From Myxococcales bacterium (GTDB taxonomy: Bacteria > Myxococcota_A > Polyangia > Polyangiales > Houyiibacteriaceae), in the NCBI GenBank assembly GCA_029861865.1, contig JAOTYL010000001.1:132066-196065 (forward strand): DNA of 64,000 nucleotides. Reading direction: 5' to 3'. This document shows, piece after piece, positions 43,699 to 53,167 of this stretch; positions within the stretch are counted from its first letter, which is position 1; each line of letters starts with the position of its first letter. Both the position numbers and the translations under genes were made by a program. The notes beneath the pieces are model-generated. The model was not told the origin of the DNA. It did not search any database and was given only the letters and a program-made list of their open reading frames with translations.

Positions 43699-44787
43699 AT
43701 GGCAGAGCCTGATGCGGTTCAGACATTCGAAGACGGACTCGCCGATATCCGTGGTGCCTACGAGCAGGCGCTTCGCGACGCAGCGGACGAGCCCGAGCTT
43801 CGGCTCGTAAACGGTCGCTACGTCGGGCCTCAAGGTGAGCTCACCAAGCTTCTCAAGCTCATGCCCAAGCTCCCGGGCGACCGTCGACGTGAGCTCGGCC
43901 AGCGCGCGAACGCGCTCAAGCAAGAAATCCAATCGACTTTCGACGCGGTGCTCGACAGCATTCATCGGCATGCACGCGACGCCGAGCTCACCGGTCTTCC
44001 CCTCGACGTGACGTTGCCGGGGCGTTGGCCGATGCCAGGCCGGCTGCATCCGATCACGCGCATTCGCAACGAAGTCCTCGAGATCTTGGTCTCGTTGGGG
44101 TTCGATGTCGCCGACGGCCCAGAGGTCGAGCTCTACGAGAACTGCTTCGACAAGCTCGGCTTTCCGCCGGACCACCCGGCGACCGATGAGCACGACACCT
44201 TTTTCATCGAAGGCGGACCAAGCTCGGGACGGCACAGTGTTCTCCTGAGAACCCAGACGTCGACGATTCAAATCCGCGAGATGAGCCTGCGCCAGCCCCC
44301 TCTGGCCATCGTGTCGCCAGGCGCAGTCTACCGCCGTGACGACGACACTACCCACTCGCCGATGTTCTTCCAGCTCGAGGGCTTCCTGGTCGACACCGAT
44401 GTCACTTTCGCCGAGCTCAAAGGCGTGCTGACGCTTTTCCTGAGGCGCCTCTTCGACGAGCACGTGGCCGTGCGCTTTCGTGCGAGTTACTTTCCGTTCG
44501 TCGAACCAGGTGGCGAGGTCGACATGAGCTGCGTCTTTTGTCGCGCGTGGGAGGGTGACAAAGAGCGAACGGCAGCCTGTCGCGTATGTAAGGGAAACGG
44601 ATGGATGGAGATCCTCGGTTGCGGCATGATCCATCCGGTGGTCTTCGAGAACGTGGGATACGACGCTGAGAAGTACACCGGTTTCGCTTTCGGCATGGGG
44701 CTCGACCGTATTGCGATGCTCAAATACGGCATTCCAAACATCAAGCTTCTCTACGACAACGACGTGCGCTTCTTGTCTCAGTTTTAG
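43699..44787 (+). CDS. pheS: phenylalanine--tRNA ligase alpha subunit
   Basis: Class II motifs including FRASYFPFVEPG and GFAFGMGLDRIAMLKYGI. ATG 43699 is used because the longer track ORF overlaps rplT. Confidence 0.95.
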   Translation: MAEPDAVQTFEDGLADIRGAYEQALRDAADEPELRLVNGRYVGPQGELTKLLKLMPKLPGDRRRELGQRANALKQEIQSTFDAVLDSIHRHARDAELTGLPLDVTLPGRWPMPGRLHPITRIRNEVLEILVSLGFDVADGPEVELYENCFDKLGFPPDHPATDEHDTFFIEGGPSSGRHSVLLRTQTSTIQIREMSLRQPPLAIVSPGAVYRRDDDTTHSPMFFQLEGFLVDTDVTFAELKGVLTLFLRRLFDEHVAVRFRASYFPFVEPGGEVDMSCVFCRAWEGDKERTAACRVCKGNGWMEILGCGMIHPVVFENVGYDAEKYTGFAFGMGLDRIAMLKYGIPNIKLLYDNDVRFLSQF

Positions 44788-44795
44788 GAACGACG

Positions 44796-47276
44796 ATGCT
44801 GACTTCATTCCGCTGGCTGCAAGAGCTCTGCCCCATCGATGCCGACGTGCACGAAGTGGCTCATCGCATCACGCAAGCAGGCTTAGAGGTTGAAGCGATC
44901 GAAGAGAAAGGCGCAAACCTTTCCGGCGTAGTCGTTGCCGAGGTGCGTACCCGAGCCCCACACCCTAAGCGGGACAAGCTCACGCTCGTCACCGTGTTCG
45001 ATGGCGAAGCAGAACACGAAGTGGTTTGCGGCGCCCCGAACGTACCCGAGCCGGGCGGACGCGTCTTGTTTGCGCGTCCGGGAGCGATTCTTCCAAACGG
45101 TACTACCATTGAACCGCGCAGGGTCGGAGGCGTCGAGTCCTCGGGAATGATCTGCAGCGAAGCCGAGCTCGAGGTCGGTGCGGATGCGGAAGGGATCTTC
45201 ATCGTGGACGCCGAGAACGAGGCTCTGCCGGGCGCTGACGTGGCCGACGCCCTCGATCTCCACGACTTCGTCCTAGACATCGGGCTCACTCCCAACCGGC
45301 CGGATTGCCTCGGTCACGTCGGGATCGCCCGCGAGATCGGGATCCTCTTTGGAAAGCGATGCGAACCCCGCAAGGCGGCGGGTCCACGGCGAACCTTCGC
45401 GGCCGGGGCCTCCTTCCAAGCGGACCAGCCGACGACCGATCTCGTGAAATTGTGGGATGGGCAAAGCGAGCTGGTCGATGCCTCTGCCCTCTCGAGTATC
45501 TCGGTCGAGATCGCCGATGGAGATCGCTGTCCTAGGTATGGCGCGGCGCTCGTTTCCGGAGTTCAGGTAGGGCCGTCTCCTTTTTGGCTCCGATACCGCC
45601 TCCACAACCTCGGTCTTCGCACGCTCTCAAACGTCGTCGATGCGACGAACCTGATTTTGCTCGAGTGGGGCCATCCGATACACGGTTTCGACCTCCACAG
45701 ACTTCGAGGCGCCAAAGTCGTCGTTCGACTCGCAAAGGACGGCGAGACCATGGCAACGCTCGACGGGATAGAACGCGAATTCACTGCCGACGACCTGTTG
45801 ATCTGCGATGGTCGAGGCCCCGTCGCTGTTGCGGGCGTGATGGGCGGATCCGATAGCGAGATTCGAGACGACACCAAGGACATCTTGATCGAATGCGCTT
45901 ATTTCGACCCGAGGTCCATTCGGCGAACGTCTCGTCGGCTCGGCCTGCAAACCGACTCGAGTCATCGCTTCGAACGGGGCGTCGATCCCGAAGCCGTCCC
46001 TCGGGTGATGGCCAGCGCAGCTTCACTCATCGCCGAACTCGGCGAAGGGGCCTCGGCGACGACGGCCATCGACCGCGTTGCCATCGCCCACTCGCCGAAG
46101 TCGATCGCGTTTCGCCCTGCGCGGGCCGCACGACTTCTCGGGACAGAAATCGAAGCAGAAGACAGTCAGCGAATCTTAGAAGCCGTGGGCTGCCGCCTCG
46201 TCGATGAGACCGGCAAGGTTTTCACGTTCGAAGCCCCGAGCTGGCGACCCGACCTCGGTCGCGAGGTCGATCTCATCGAGGAAGTCGCCCGCGTCCGAGG
46301 CTACGATGAGATCCCCACCGCCGTCCCCAGGGTTCGTCCATCGGAATCGGGCACGCCCGAAGTGCTGCGTTTCATTTCAGCGCTGCGCACTGCGGCCGTC
46401 ACGACAGGCCTCTACGAAGCCGTTAATTACGCGTTTTTGTCGGTCGAAGACCTTCAAAAAGCACGTGTCTCCACCGAGGTCGTCTCCCTTGCCAACCCGC
46501 TGTCGGAGGAGCGCTCGGCGATGCGCACGTCCTTGCTGCCCGGTCTGGCCGGAGCGGCGACTCGAGCACAGCGCCATGGCGCTACCGAGGTTCAGCTCTT
46601 CGAGCTCGCGCGCACCTTCCATCCGAGCGACGACCCTCTGCCACGTGAAGACACTGCGTTGGCGATCCTACTTGCAGGAAATCGCTCGGGTTGGATCGGC
46701 GACGAACAGCCCTTCGAATTCTATGATGGCAAGGGTGTGTTGGAGGCGATCTTGGATCGGGTGATCGGACAACGACCCGACTTCACGCAGGGCGAGGTCC
46801 CAGCATTCATGCACCCCAAGCGATCAGCGATCGTTTCGCTCGCCGGGAGAGCGGTCGGGTTCGTCGGGGAAATCCATCCCGACGTCGGGGATGCTCTCGA
46901 GCTCCATGGTCGTGTGGTCTATGCCGAGATCGACGTCGCCCTGCTGCACGCTATCAGCGAAGAGCTCGGCACTCCGCAGGGACACTTGCTCCCGAAGTTT
47001 CCTGCCGTCACTCGGGACATCGCCATGCTCGTGCGCGAAGAATTCACCGCAGGTGAGATCGCCACGGCGTTGTCAGAGGCTTCGGGCGGCCTCGCGGAGT
47101 CGGTTCGCCTGTTCGACCTCTACCGGGGTGATCAAATCCCCGAAGGCCACCGCAGTCTTGCCTTCCGAATGACGTATCGAGACCCGGAAAGCACCCTGAC
47201 CGACAAACGGGTGGACAAGGCCCATGCCAAGGTCGCTGAGCTCGCCCGCGATCGCTTTCAAGCCACCATCCGCTAA
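44796..47276 (+). CDS. pheT: phenylalanine--tRNA ligase beta subunit
   Basis: 826 aa. N-terminal tRNA-binding domain (VVAEV...HPKRDKLTL), B3/4 and B5 regions, and a C-terminal FDX-ACB-like domain. Confidence 0.95.
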   Translation: MLTSFRWLQELCPIDADVHEVAHRITQAGLEVEAIEEKGANLSGVVVAEVRTRAPHPKRDKLTLVTVFDGEAEHEVVCGAPNVPEPGGRVLFARPGAILPNGTTIEPRRVGGVESSGMICSEAELEVGADAEGIFIVDAENEALPGADVADALDLHDFVLDIGLTPNRPDCLGHVGIAREIGILFGKRCEPRKAAGPRRTFAAGASFQADQPTTDLVKLWDGQSELVDASALSSISVEIADGDRCPRYGAALVSGVQVGPSPFWLRYRLHNLGLRTLSNVVDATNLILLEWGHPIHGFDLHRLRGAKVVVRLAKDGETMATLDGIEREFTADDLLICDGRGPVAVAGVMGGSDSEIRDDTKDILIECAYFDPRSIRRTSRRLGLQTDSSHRFERGVDPEAVPRVMASAASLIAELGEGASATTAIDRVAIAHSPKSIAFRPARAARLLGTEIEAEDSQRILEAVGCRLVDETGKVFTFEAPSWRPDLGREVDLIEEVARVRGYDEIPTAVPRVRPSESGTPEVLRFISALRTAAVTTGLYEAVNYAFLSVEDLQKARVSTEVVSLANPLSEERSAMRTSLLPGLAGAATRAQRHGATEVQLFELARTFHPSDDPLPREDTALAILLAGNRSGWIGDEQPFEFYDGKGVLEAILDRVIGQRPDFTQGEVPAFMHPKRSAIVSLAGRAVGFVGEIHPDVGDALELHGRVVYAEIDVALLHAISEELGTPQGHLLPKFPAVTRDIAMLVREEFTAGEIATALSEASGGLAESVRLFDLYRGDQIPEGHRSLAFRMTYRDPESTLTDKRVDKAHAKVAELARDRFQATIR

Positions 47277-47399
47277 GGAGATTTCGGCGTCGGTTAGAGA
47301 GCGTACCTTTCTTGGGTCAAAATGATCGCCAAACCCTTGAGATTCAAACCCATTTATGGTTCTCTGGCGCTGACCGGGGTGTTTGGAGGAAGAAACGGA

Positions 47400-47726
47400 A
47401 TGACCAAAGCCGAAATCATCGATGCCGTCTATGAGAAGGTCGGGGGCTTCTCGAAGAAAGAGGCGGCGGAGGTCGTCGAAGCTGTATTCGACACGATGAA
47501 AGATGTGCTTGCTGAAGGGGAGAAGATCAAGATTTCGGGCTTCGGAAATTTCGTGGTGCGCGCCAAGAAGGAGCGTATCGGCCGAAACCCACAGACGGGC
47601 GCTCCGATCCCGATCAGCGCGCGGCGAGTCTTGACCTTCAAGCCCAGCCAGGTCTTAAAAACTGTGCTCAATCCGCACCGCACCAGAGAAGAAGAGGAAG
47701 CGGATGCACGCGGAAGCTCATACTGA
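47400..47726 (+). CDS. ihfA: integration host factor alpha subunit
   Basis: MTKAEIIDAVYEK...GFGNFVVRAKKERIGRNPQTG in the conserved position after pheT. Confidence 0.85.
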   Translation: MTKAEIIDAVYEKVGGFSKKEAAEVVEAVFDTMKDVLAEGEKIKISGFGNFVVRAKKERIGRNPQTGAPIPISARRVLTFKPSQVLKTVLNPHRTREEEEADARGSSY

Positions 47727-48191
47727 GTGGCTCTCATGACACGGCGCACGCAACTGCCTGACAAGCTGTTCTTCAAGATCGGCGAAGTCGCAAACATTGT
47801 AGGGGTCAAGCCGCACGCTCTGCGGTATTGGGAAACCGAGTTCCATGCTTTGCGCCCCAAAAAGACGCGGGGTGCGCATCGACAGTACAGTCGTAGAGAC
47901 GTCGAGCTAGCGATGCTGATTCGCCAGTTGCTCCATGACGAAGGCTACACTATTCCCGGCGCTCGAAAGCGAATTCGCGACCTCGGACGGCATCAGCGAA
48001 GCAGTCCACCCGAGCCGCGGGCAGCACGCGAGGTGGCCCTTCGAGCCGAGCTTCTCGGTTTGCGTCAGCAGCTTTCCGACTTGCTCGATCAGTACCAGGA
48101 ACCCCAACAGAAACCCGCCGAGTCGGAGCCGGTCCAGGTGACGGTTCACAAGGTGGTGCCGGTCACTGCACAACGCAGCCCTGAGCCTTGA
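47727..48191 (+). CDS. MerR family transcriptional regulator
   Basis: HTH FKIGEVANIVGVKPHALRYWETEF...RQYSRRDV. The start abuts the ihfA stop. Confidence 0.8.
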   Translation: MALMTRRTQLPDKLFFKIGEVANIVGVKPHALRYWETEFHALRPKKTRGAHRQYSRRDVELAMLIRQLLHDEGYTIPGARKRIRDLGRHQRSSPPEPRAAREVALRAELLGLRQQLSDLLDQYQEPQQKPAESEPVQVTVHKVVPVTAQRSPEP

Positions 48192-48220
48192 GCAGCCCCG
48201 AGCCCTGAAACCGTCTTGGG

Positions 48221-48248
48221 TTGCTTCTAAAGCGTCGTGGGTTAGAGT
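48221..48248 (+). promoter_or_regulatory. candidate promoter for tRNA-Pro
   Basis: TTGCTT (48221-48226), 16 nt, then TAGAGT (48243-48248), about 25 nt before the tRNA. Pattern match only. Confidence 0.3.
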
Positions 48249-48272
48249 CGCGAGCCCTCGTGAGAGGGTGGA

Positions 48273-48349
48273 CGGGGCGTAGCGCAGCTTGGTAGCGCAC
48301 CTCACTGGGGGTGAGGGGGTCGCTGGTTCGAATCCAGTCGCCCCGACCA
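48273..48349 (+). tRNA. tRNA-Pro (anticodon GGG)
   Basis: Cloverleaf: acceptor CGGGGCG/CGCCCCG, D stem GCGC/GCGC, anticodon stem CCTCA/TGAGG, loop CTGGGGG, T arm GCTGG-TTCGAAT-CCAGT. The CCA end is encoded. Confidence 0.9.
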
Positions 48350-48357
48350 TGGACGGA

Positions 48358-48379
48358 CCGGAGGGCGAAAGCCCGCCGG
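48358..48379 (+). terminator. GC-rich GNRA-loop hairpin after tRNA-Pro
   Basis: CCGG-A-GGGC GAAA GCCC-G-CCGG. No U-tract, so its function (terminator or processing site) is uncertain. Confidence 0.3.
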
Positions 48380-48479
48380 CCCTCCCCTCAAGAGCACCTC
48401 CACCGCCGATGCGCCGTGGCGTCCACCTCAGGGCTTTGATGTTTGCTTGCCAGGAGCTTCCGCGATAGTCCGAGAAGGC

Positions 48480-49244
48480 ATGTCCGATCGCCCACTTCTA
48501 TTGGTGTCGAACGACGATGGGGTCGAGGCGCCAGGCAACATCGCGCTGCGCGAGGCCTTGGCGACGTTTGCGGATGTCTACACCGTTGCACCGGAGACTG
48601 AGCAAAGCGCGAAGAGTCACTCGATTACGCTTCACCACCCACTTCGATTTCGCCAAGTCGAAAAGCGCGTTTGGGCGGTCGACGGAACACCCGCCGACTG
48701 TGTCTACGTTGCCTTCTTCTTGAATGAGCTGCTTCCGCGTAGGCCCGATTTGGTGGTTTCCGGGATCAACCACGGCCCGAATCTCGGCAACGACGTGCAT
48801 TATTCGGGAACGGTGGCTGCGGCACGCGAAGGTGCGCTCCGTGGGGTTCCGTCGGTTGCCCTTTCCAATGTGTCGTCGGACATGGAAGGGGCTGCGCAAT
48901 ACGCGAAGCGATTTTGCAAGCAGTTGCTAGAGCTCACCGCACCGGAGGGGCAAGCGGTCTTGCTCAACATCAACTTTCCCGCGCGGCCGCCGAAAGGCGT
49001 TCGCGCGACCAGGCTCGGATTCCGGCTTTACTCGGACGAGGTCGAGGTGCGCGACGATCCTCGCGGCCGGCACTATCTGTGGATCGGAGGCTCCGGCGGG
49101 GTAGAGAGCGAGCCAGTCGAGGGAGCGGACACGGAAGCCCTCGACGAAGGATACATTTCGGTGACCCCACTGAGCATCGAAGCCACGCAGCCCGACCATT
49201 TCGGCGTGGCTGCCTATATCGCAGGCCCCACGCACGAACGGTGA
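48480..49244 (+). CDS. surE: 5'/3'-nucleotidase SurE
   Basis: LLVSNDDG, GINHGPNLGNDVHYSGTVAAAREG. Confidence 0.9.
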   Translation: MSDRPLLLVSNDDGVEAPGNIALREALATFADVYTVAPETEQSAKSHSITLHHPLRFRQVEKRVWAVDGTPADCVYVAFFLNELLPRRPDLVVSGINHGPNLGNDVHYSGTVAAAREGALRGVPSVALSNVSSDMEGAAQYAKRFCKQLLELTAPEGQAVLLNINFPARPPKGVRATRLGFRLYSDEVEVRDDPRGRHYLWIGGSGGVESEPVEGADTEALDEGYISVTPLSIEATQPDHFGVAAYIAGPTHER

Positions 49245-49248
49245 ACGA

Positions 49249-49779
49249 ATGAGTGACAGCCGAATCGATTATCTACGCTCGCGTATTCGAGACGTTCCTG
49301 ATTTCCCCAAGGAGGGCATCCTCTTCAAGGACATCACGCCGCTCCTCGCGGACGTCGAAGCGTTTCGAACGAGCATCGAGCTGATTGCCGAGCGATTGGA
49401 CGGAGATCGCTTGGATGTCGTCATCGGGATCGAATCGCGCGGGTTCATGTTTGGCGCAGCTCTTGCTGACAAGCTCGGCATCGGGTTCGTGCCCGTCCGC
49501 AAGCCGGGGAAGCTACCGGCGGCGACCTATCGCGCCGAATACGAGCTCGAGTACGGAACCGACGCTCTCGAAATCCATCAGGATGCCCTCCGCGCGGGCC
49601 AGAGGGTCGTCATCGTCGACGATTTGATCGCCACTGGCGGCACCGCGAAGGCCACGGGCGAGCTGGTCGAACGGTGCGGCGCCGAAGTGGCTTCGTTCGC
49701 TTTCCTGATCAACCTCCGCTTCCTCAAAGGCGAAGACAAGCTCGCCGGCTACCGAGTGATCTCCCTCCTCGACTACTAG
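49249..49779 (+). CDS. apt: adenine phosphoribosyltransferase
   Basis: PRPP-binding motif VVIVDDLIATGGTAKA in a 176-aa protein. Confidence 0.9.
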   Translation: MSDSRIDYLRSRIRDVPDFPKEGILFKDITPLLADVEAFRTSIELIAERLDGDRLDVVIGIESRGFMFGAALADKLGIGFVPVRKPGKLPAATYRAEYELEYGTDALEIHQDALRAGQRVVIVDDLIATGGTAKATGELVERCGAEVASFAFLINLRFLKGEDKLAGYRVISLLDY

Positions 49780-49903
49780 TGTGCGGGTCTTTTCGCTTGT
49801 GGTCGGCTTACCTCCTCGTTCACTCCCTGCGAGGTACGGACGTACCTCTCAGTCGCTCTCTGCGGGGGCGCTCGACCACAAACGAAAATCTCTCGCACAC
49901 TAG
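49777..49903 (+). repeat. 127-nt long-stem palindromic element (candidate structured sRNA or MITE-like repeat)
   Basis: The left arm, TAGTGTGCGGGTCTTTTCGCTTGTGGTCG (49777-49805), pairs with 49873-49903, whose reverse complement is TAGTGTGCGAGAGATTTTCGTTTGTGGTCG. Inner hairpins are CCTCG..CGAGG and GAGGTAC-GGAC-GTACCTC. A related short copy lies at 17034-17069. Confidence 0.6.
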
Positions 49904-49930
49904 GTTCCTGCATGGGACCACGAGACTAGG

Positions 49931-49953
49931 AAAAGGGGAGAGTCCCCTTTTTT
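49931..49953. terminator. bidirectional rho-independent terminator
   Basis: AAAA GGGGA GAG TCCCC TTTTTT. The T-tract overlaps the TAA stop of the convergent acyl-CoA dehydrogenase gene. Confidence 0.7.
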
Positions 49954-51745
49954 AGAACCAGTCGGGTTGGGCTTTCAGGTATGAATCCTCGGCGGTGCGG
50001 CAGAGCTCGGCGAGGACCGAAATCCTCGGGACCTCGGTGCGAATCCAGTACTGGGCGGCTGCCTCTGTGCCGTGGAGGCGTGCTTGCTGGGTTGGTTCAT
50101 CTTTGAATCGCGTTCGCGCTGCCGCCGCCATCCGCAGCCACTGCCACGCCACCACCAAGGTCGCCATCATGTCGAGGTAATCCCAGCTGTGGCCGAGCAT
50201 CCCATCGGTATCACCCGCCATTCCACGCTGCCCGAGCTCCATCGTGATCGACACCACCCTATCGGTCGCTTGCTCTACCGCGTCGCAGAGCTCCGCGTCG
50301 CATCCCGCCGCTCTAGCCTCCGTGACTGCGAGCGCGATCTCTTCTGCAAGCGCCCGTAGAGGTGCGCCGCCCTTGGCGACAACCTTACGTCCGAGCAGAT
50401 CCATGCTCTGGATGCCAGACGTTCCCTCATGCAGAGTGTTGAGCTTCTGGTCTCGCATGTATGCTTCGGGCAAGTACTCGCTCGTGTACCCGTAGCCCCC
50501 GTGCACCTGAATCGCCAACGCGTTCGCTTCGAAGCCGCGTTCGGCCGGGAAGGTCTTGGCGATTGGCGTCAACAGATCCAACAGGAGGTGTGCGCGTTCC
50601 CGCTCGGACTCGGGACCACGATTCGCGACGTCGGCATAGCGGGCGGCCGTCCCAAGCAGCGCAAAGCTTCCTTCGACGATTGCCTTTTGGCGCAAGAGCA
50701 TTCGACGGACATCGGCGTGCTCGACGATCGGGACTTGGTCGGCTCCGCGATCTCCGAGCCGACGTCCTTGCTTGCGCTCTAGCGCATAGGTGCGCGCCTC
50801 GTGATAGGCCGCCGAGGCGGTCGCAGCCCCATTGACCCCGATCATGATGCGCGCCTCGTTCATCATCTGAAACATGTAGCGAAGCCCTTGATGGGGCTCG
50901 CCCACCAACCAACCGCGGCAATCGCCTACATCGCCGAACTCGAGGGCCAAGCTAGGCAAACCCCTCCATCCGATCTTGTGAATGAGCCCCGCGACGGTCA
51001 CATCGTTCGATACCAACTCGCCGTTTTCCGGTCGGAGCCGTGGAACCGCGAAAAGCGAAATGCCCTTCGTGCCCGACGGAGCGCCTTCAATTCGCGCAAG
51101 CGCGAGATTCACTACGTTTTCCGTGACATCGTGATCCGCCCCGGAGATGAAGATCTTGCTGCCCTTGATCAGATAGTAGCCGTCTTCGGTCGGAGCCGCG
51201 GTGGTGGTGATGTCAGCCAGGCTGCTTCCCGCGTGAGGTTCGGTCAGCGCCATCGTTCCCGTCCACTCGCCTTCGTACATCGGTGCCATGAACCGTTCCT
51301 TGACCTCGTCGCTTCCGAAAGCTTCGATCAGATGTGCCGCGCCGAGCGTCAGGCCGATGTATCCATACGCGCTGAGATTCGCCGCCATCAGGTATGCGGT
51401 CGCCATCATGTGCACCAGCATCGGGATCTGTTGGCCACCTACTGCTTCGGGCCGTGTGCCGGTCAGGACGCCGACCTCCACCATCTTCCGCCACAGATGC
51501 GGAAGCGAGGGGTGCGTAACGATCCGACCGTCCCGGAACTCCGGTAGTTCTTCGTCCATCGGCTTGTAGGTGGGTAGCAGGTCGTGTCGCGCGAGACGCC
51601 GAACACTGTCTAAGAACAGGTCGAATGTCTCCCTGGAGTGATGCTCATAACCCTCGAGCTCACAAAGCGACTCCGCGTTCAACACGTCGTATAGGAGGAA
51701 CTCGATCAGACCGTCGTCGATCAGAGGATTGGTTTGCGCGGACAT
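49952..51745 (-). CDS. large acyl-CoA dehydrogenase (about 597 aa, with N- and C-terminal extra domains)
   Basis: GTMALTEPHAGSSLADI, GWRGLPS, the catalytic-region YTSEYLPEAYMRDQKLNTLHEGTSGIQ. ATG 51745 is preferred; the track ORF extends to 52012 over the CHAD gene. Confidence 0.8.
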   Translation of the reverse strand: MSAQTNPLIDDGLIEFLLYDVLNAESLCELEGYEHHSRETFDLFLDSVRRLARHDLLPTYKPMDEELPEFRDGRIVTHPSLPHLWRKMVEVGVLTGTRPEAVGGQQIPMLVHMMATAYLMAANLSAYGYIGLTLGAAHLIEAFGSDEVKERFMAPMYEGEWTGTMALTEPHAGSSLADITTTAAPTEDGYYLIKGSKIFISGADHDVTENVVNLALARIEGAPSGTKGISLFAVPRLRPENGELVSNDVTVAGLIHKIGWRGLPSLALEFGDVGDCRGWLVGEPHQGLRYMFQMMNEARIMIGVNGAATASAAYHEARTYALERKQGRRLGDRGADQVPIVEHADVRRMLLRQKAIVEGSFALLGTAARYADVANRGPESERERAHLLLDLLTPIAKTFPAERGFEANALAIQVHGGYGYTSEYLPEAYMRDQKLNTLHEGTSGIQSMDLLGRKVVAKGGAPLRALAEEIALAVTEARAAGCDAELCDAVEQATDRVVSITMELGQRGMAGDTDGMLGHSWDYLDMMATLVVAWQWLRMAAAARTRFKDEPTQQARLHGTEAAAQYWIRTEVPRISVLAELCRTAEDSYLKAQPDWF

Positions 51746-51746
51746 C

Positions 51747-52934
51747 TCAGCTGATGCGATCCATCGAACGCAATTGCTGTGCGAGGTCACGCGCGCCCCC
51801 CACCAAGGTGTCCAGCTCGCCAGAGAGCCAATGGTCACGAAGCTTCGCAACGAGAAGGCGCCGCTCTTGGTCGAGGCGATGGTGGAGCTCGATGAAACCT
51901 GTCCACTCGGACAACGAAGCCTCTCGCTTGGCTCGTTCGACGTCGCCGCGACGAAGTGACGCCCGAACTCGCCCGCCTCGCTGTTCGATCGAGATCTCGA
52001 GGCCGTCTTCAATCTCGCGCATCAGCACGTGTATGTCATTGAGATCACCCAGCAAGTCTTGGAGCTGCTTGCTCTGCTTCACCACCTTTTGCGCCTCGTT
52101 CACGTAGGGGCGCATGGGCTCGAGCAGATAGCGTAAGCGCTTGCCCTTAACGCGGCTTTCGTGGAGTTTCGTCACGTCGTCCATGCTGGTGACCTGTCCG
52201 AGGGTCACCAACAGGTCGGTCGCGTGCGCCTCCGTCAGGTTGGCTACGCACCGCGCGAAGCTCGCCTCTGGCTGTTCAGAGAGAAGGTTTCGTTCGCTAC
52301 GCATGATAGCCAGCCGCTCCTGAAGCTTCTCTGCGGTGCGTCGAAAAGAAGCTCGAACCTGGTCATCCAGATCCTCGGAACACCGCCGGCGCCGTTCGAG
52401 AAGCACGGCTGACAGCGAATTGAGCCCCGTGAGATGCTCGGGTCGCAGGGTTGGCTGTTGCTTTGTGAGCCACGCAAGTGCGACCTCGGCTTCACGGCCC
52501 GCCCCGGTAGCGCGTTGGATCTTTTTTAGCCTCTTTCGATCCTTGGGACGAACAGCGCCCTCAAGTTGCAACCTGTACGCTCGGAGCAAGCTCCGCAGTC
52601 GGCGAACCGCGACCCGGAAATCATGAAGCGCTTCGCGATCGAACCGATCGTCGAGTCGCCGTTCCGCGGCCATTGCCGCGTTCAGGCCCTTGAGAGCGAG
52701 GCGGCGTGCCGCTTCCTCTTCGCTCCGCCACAAGAGATCGTCGGGCAATGTGCTCCGTCGCCGGCGCTTTGGCTTGCTATCGACCGACGGCAGCTTGGCG
52801 ATCTTCGAAGTGGATTCAGCCTCAGGGGCCTGCGAAAGCATGGACACTGTGCTGACGGGGGTCGGATATCGTGGCTTGCCGGAAATGGGCACCTCCCGGA
52901 GTGAGTTGATACACGTAGTACAGACCGGCATCAC
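51747..52934 (-). CDS. CHAD domain-containing protein
   Basis: Repeated conserved-His helices HDFRVAVRRLRSLLRAY and HESRVKGKRLRYLLE. Start codon uncertain. Confidence 0.65.
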   Translation of the reverse strand: MMPVCTTCINSLREVPISGKPRYPTPVSTVSMLSQAPEAESTSKIAKLPSVDSKPKRRRRSTLPDDLLWRSEEEAARRLALKGLNAAMAAERRLDDRFDREALHDFRVAVRRLRSLLRAYRLQLEGAVRPKDRKRLKKIQRATGAGREAEVALAWLTKQQPTLRPEHLTGLNSLSAVLLERRRRCSEDLDDQVRASFRRTAEKLQERLAIMRSERNLLSEQPEASFARCVANLTEAHATDLLVTLGQVTSMDDVTKLHESRVKGKRLRYLLEPMRPYVNEAQKVVKQSKQLQDLLGDLNDIHVLMREIEDGLEISIEQRGGRVRASLRRGDVERAKREASLSEWTGFIELHHRLDQERRLLVAKLRDHWLSGELDTLVGGARDLAQQLRSMDRIS

Positions 52935-52987
52935 GGGTCAACCGCTCGTCGCGTTCCGCGCATCGCATGCTATACGCTGCCCCCTAA

Positions 52988-53061
52988 GCCCTCGTAGCTC
53001 AGTAGGATAGAGCAGTGGTTTCCTAAACCGAAGGTCGGTGGTTCGAATCCTCCCGGGGGCG
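52988..53061 (+). tRNA. tRNA-Arg (anticodon CCT)
   Basis: Cloverleaf: acceptor GCCCTCG/CGGGGGC (one G-U pair), D stem GCTC/GAGC, anticodon loop TTCCTAA, T arm GGTGG-TTCGAAT-CCTCC. The CCA end is not fully encoded. Confidence 0.85.
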
Positions 53062-53167
53062 CCGCTGCGCATTGAATCGCGCGCGATCCGCTCGTTGATT
53101 TCTGCTATCTTGAAACACGAACGCGGTTCACTTCTAGTGCCGATCGCGCTATATCAGGCTTCGACGG

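Noticed and set aside
47907-48350. 147-aa minus-strand ORF starting MVGATGFEPATPSPPVRCATKLRYAP.
   Set aside because: It is the shadow of tRNA-Pro (48273-48349) and runs antisense to the MerR gene.
51746-52012. Upstream 89 codons of the acyl-CoA dehydrogenase track ORF.
   Set aside because: They fully overlap the 3' end of the CHAD gene in another frame. ATG 51745 yields an N-terminus typical of long acyl-CoA dehydrogenases.
53076-53087. Perfect 12-bp palindrome ATCGCGCGCGAT, considered as a restriction or operator site.
   Set aside because: Short GC-rich palindromes are expected by chance in this composition, and I noticed no second copy. It is mentioned only as context for the HNH gene.
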